Source of the DNA: an uncultured Phycisphaerales bacterium
GTDB lineage: Bacteria; Planctomycetota; Phycisphaerae; Sedimentisphaerales; Anaerobacaceae
Assembly: GCA_963772725.1 (NCBI GenBank)
Contig: CAVYYI010000004.1
Location: 1 to 64,000, forward strand
Direction of reading: 5' to 3'
DNA: 64,000 nucleotides
Of this stretch, positions 62,264-64,000 are shown one piece after another; position 1 is the stretch's first letter; every line of letters starts with the position of its first letter. The position numbers and the translations under genes are program-made. The notes beneath the pieces were generated by a model. That model saw only the letters and a program-made list of their open reading frames with translations, was not told the DNA's origin and did not search any database.

Positions 62264-64000
62264 TTACCAGTCCAGTGCCATTATAGCGAAATCGATAAAA
62301 TTAACTCTGCAATCGCCATTAAAATCTCCTGCAGGATGCTCAGGACAATCCTGTCCAATATGTTTATCTTCCAGCCAGTGCAAGGCAAACGTTGCTAAAT
62401 CTTCAATGTCAACCTTGCCGTCATGATTGAAATCTCCGTGTGTCAAGTGGGTTGTGAAACTCCAGACCAGTCCCGGCCAGAGGTTGACACCATTAACTTC
62501 ATCGATTCGCCAGTAATACGTGACGCCTTCGTTTAAAGTGCCTGGGTCATAAGTCTTACTTGTCTGGTTCCCTTTGAATACCGAGGAAGCGGTAGTTGCC
62601 GTAGTAACAGCAGCCTCCGATGTTCCAAAGTACACGTTGTGCGAGGCAGCGTAGTATCCCGCTTTCCAGCTTAAATCGGCTGTTGCCGATACCTGTGCTG
62701 CCTGATATGCGGGACTTGGTCTGTTGGCCTGATAAGGTGTAACTATCAATATTTGTGTACTCAACATTATACTAACATTGTTTTTATTGAACTTCTCGAT
62801 TTTGTATGCAAACGTATTGATGTCGGGGCTAATCCTGACGGAGAGTTCGTAGGGGAATACCGTATCTGTCACTGTTTGCCATGAACCGCCGTCAATCGAG
62901 TAGTACAACTTTGCGTAGTTGGCATCGCCATCGCCGCCCTTTGCATACCAAGGTTTGGCGGCAGTATAAATATATGCCTCAGTCAGCTCAGGGCCAAAGG
63001 AAATAATCATACCAACCATTTTGCCAAAGCTTTCGGTGGTTCTGACAAGACTATTGTCAGTCAGCGTGTAAGCCGGCTTGAACAGGTTGGTATGAACCTT
63101 GCTGGTTATAACGTCAACATCCTCAATAATCAGAGCTGTAAGACCTTTTGCAGGGACATTGACTTCTACCGTACCGCTCGAGAGGGTCTTATCGGATTTA
63201 GCCACGTTGTCTTCCCAGACTTTTACCGTATGCGAAGCGCCATAATTAACCCTGTTGGCATCAACGGTTACGGTAATACCTGTAAGAGCACTTGCGGACT
63301 GGTTCGACAGGGCAAGATAGAGCTTACCATTGCCGTAACCAGCAATGTAGTTAATCTGCTGGCTGCTGAGTGTTAGCAGGTTATTGGGAATCCAAAGCTT
63401 AACATCATCATCGCCGTAGAATGTTCCAGTCCTGTCGCCCCAGATATTAAACCTGCTGCCGCCGCCGCCGTCAAATAGTCTCCGAGATGGGAAATCAATG
63501 TTGCCGTCGGATTTAACGATTGTATCATTGACCATAAAATCTATCGCCCAGGGTATATACTGCCAGTGATGCCAGAAGTGCATTGAAGTAAATGTCATAT
63601 ATTCAAGCGGGTGCATGCAGAAGTCGTCCTGCTCATAAACCAGCGAGTAATCCCTCGAGAACTGCTGGCCCGGGTAATTTGCCCATCTGCCGACGGTTGA
63701 CCATCGTGCCATATCACGCATAAAGTCATCATTTAAGTATCCGCTTAGACGCATCAATCCGCCGGGATATTCCATGAACGTAAATGCCCTCCATGTCCCC
63801 ACCTGCATACCGGTAAGCGCCACACGCCACGATGGTACCGATTGCTGGGGAGCGTACATATGCTGGGGTGGAGGATACCCCCACAACACATGCCTGCCAG
63901 GGGTCTGGAAATGTATGGGGGCCTGGTTAAATTCATCCACTAAGTAATTTTCATCCTTAACCCTCGGTGAAGTATTGAGAGTCGTCATAAAGTTGTATGC
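62264..64000 (-). CDS. C-terminal part of a third, divergent paralog (C) of the large unknown protein, with an FN3-like repeat and a dockerin-like tail
   Basis: Shared motifs APQQSVPSWRVALTG, RDMARW..VGRWANY, IDFPSR, YIAGYGNGKLYLA and DTVFPYE; then YYWRIDE and GDFNHDGKVD/GDFNGDCRVNFIDF. Confidence 0.85.
   Translation of the reverse strand, partial: AYNFMTTLNTSPRVKDENYLVDEFNQAPIHFQTPGRHVLWGYPPPQHMYAPQQSVPSWRVALTGMQVGTWRAFTFMEYPGGLMRLSGYLNDDFMRDMARWSTVGRWANYPGQQFSRDYSLVYEQDDFCMHPLEYMTFTSMHFWHHWQYIPWAIDFMVNDTIVKSDGNIDFPSRRLFDGGGGSRFNIWGDRTGTFYGDDDVKLWIPNNLLTLSSQQINYIAGYGNGKLYLALSNQSASALTGITVTVDANRVNYGASHTVKVWEDNVAKSDKTLSSGTVEVNVPAKGLTALIIEDVDVITSKVHTNLFKPAYTLTDNSLVRTTESFGKMVGMIISFGPELTEAYIYTAAKPWYAKGGDGDANYAKLYYSIDGGSWQTVTDTVFPYELSVRISPDINTFAYKIEKFNKNNVSIMLSTQILIVTPYQANRPSPAYQAAQVSATADLSWKAGYYAASHNVYFGTSEAAVTTATTASSVFKGNQTSKTYDPGTLNEGVTYYWRIDEVNGVNLWPGLVWSFTTHLTHGDFNHDGKVDIEDLATFALHWLEDKHIGQDCPEHPAGDFNGDCRVNFIDFAIMALDW

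Noticed and set aside
1..64000. CRISPR array, cas genes, rRNA, retron or DGR reverse transcriptase
   Set aside because: No regularly spaced repeat-spacer array, RT motifs or rRNA were seen. The paralog repeats do not show adenine-specific variation.

Overview
This 64 kb bacterial window most likely comes from Planctomycetota, class Phycisphaerae (Sedimentisphaerales-like). That placement is an inference from YYWRIDE FN3-like repeats, dockerin-like C-termini, H-X9-DG prepilin proteins and a dcw fragment (murC-murB-ddl-ftsQ) without ftsA/ftsZ. A core segment of about 30 kb (16.3-46.5 kb) carries aspS, a kinase/phosphoesterase/glycosyltransferase trio, a P-type ATPase, an ECF sigma/anti-sigma pair, queG, dcw genes, dnaN and queA. 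It lies between two accessory regions, each bounded by a tRNA fragment with integrase-type repeats: a 5' half of tRNA-Arg(TCT) at 16.3 kb and a 3' half of tRNA-Val(GAC) at 46.5 kb. The left region holds a DeoR-regulated rare-sugar/polyol operon and IS66, IS630 and IS982 elements. The right region holds a duplicated pair of genes (a ~960 aa unknown secreted protein plus an apparently catalytically dead lysozyme-fold protein) around two divergent GH95 hydrolases, with a third paralog of the large protein. Other highlights are a c-di-AMP (ydaO) riboswitch upstream of a PTS-EIIA-fused Na+/K+-ATPase-like pump, an anti-sigma factor built on a pilin-like domain, and a 179 bp IS982-derived MITE. Many single-base frameshifts, including in the essential genes aspS and dnaN, point to long-read indel errors. 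All family calls come from motif recognition by eye; no searches were run.
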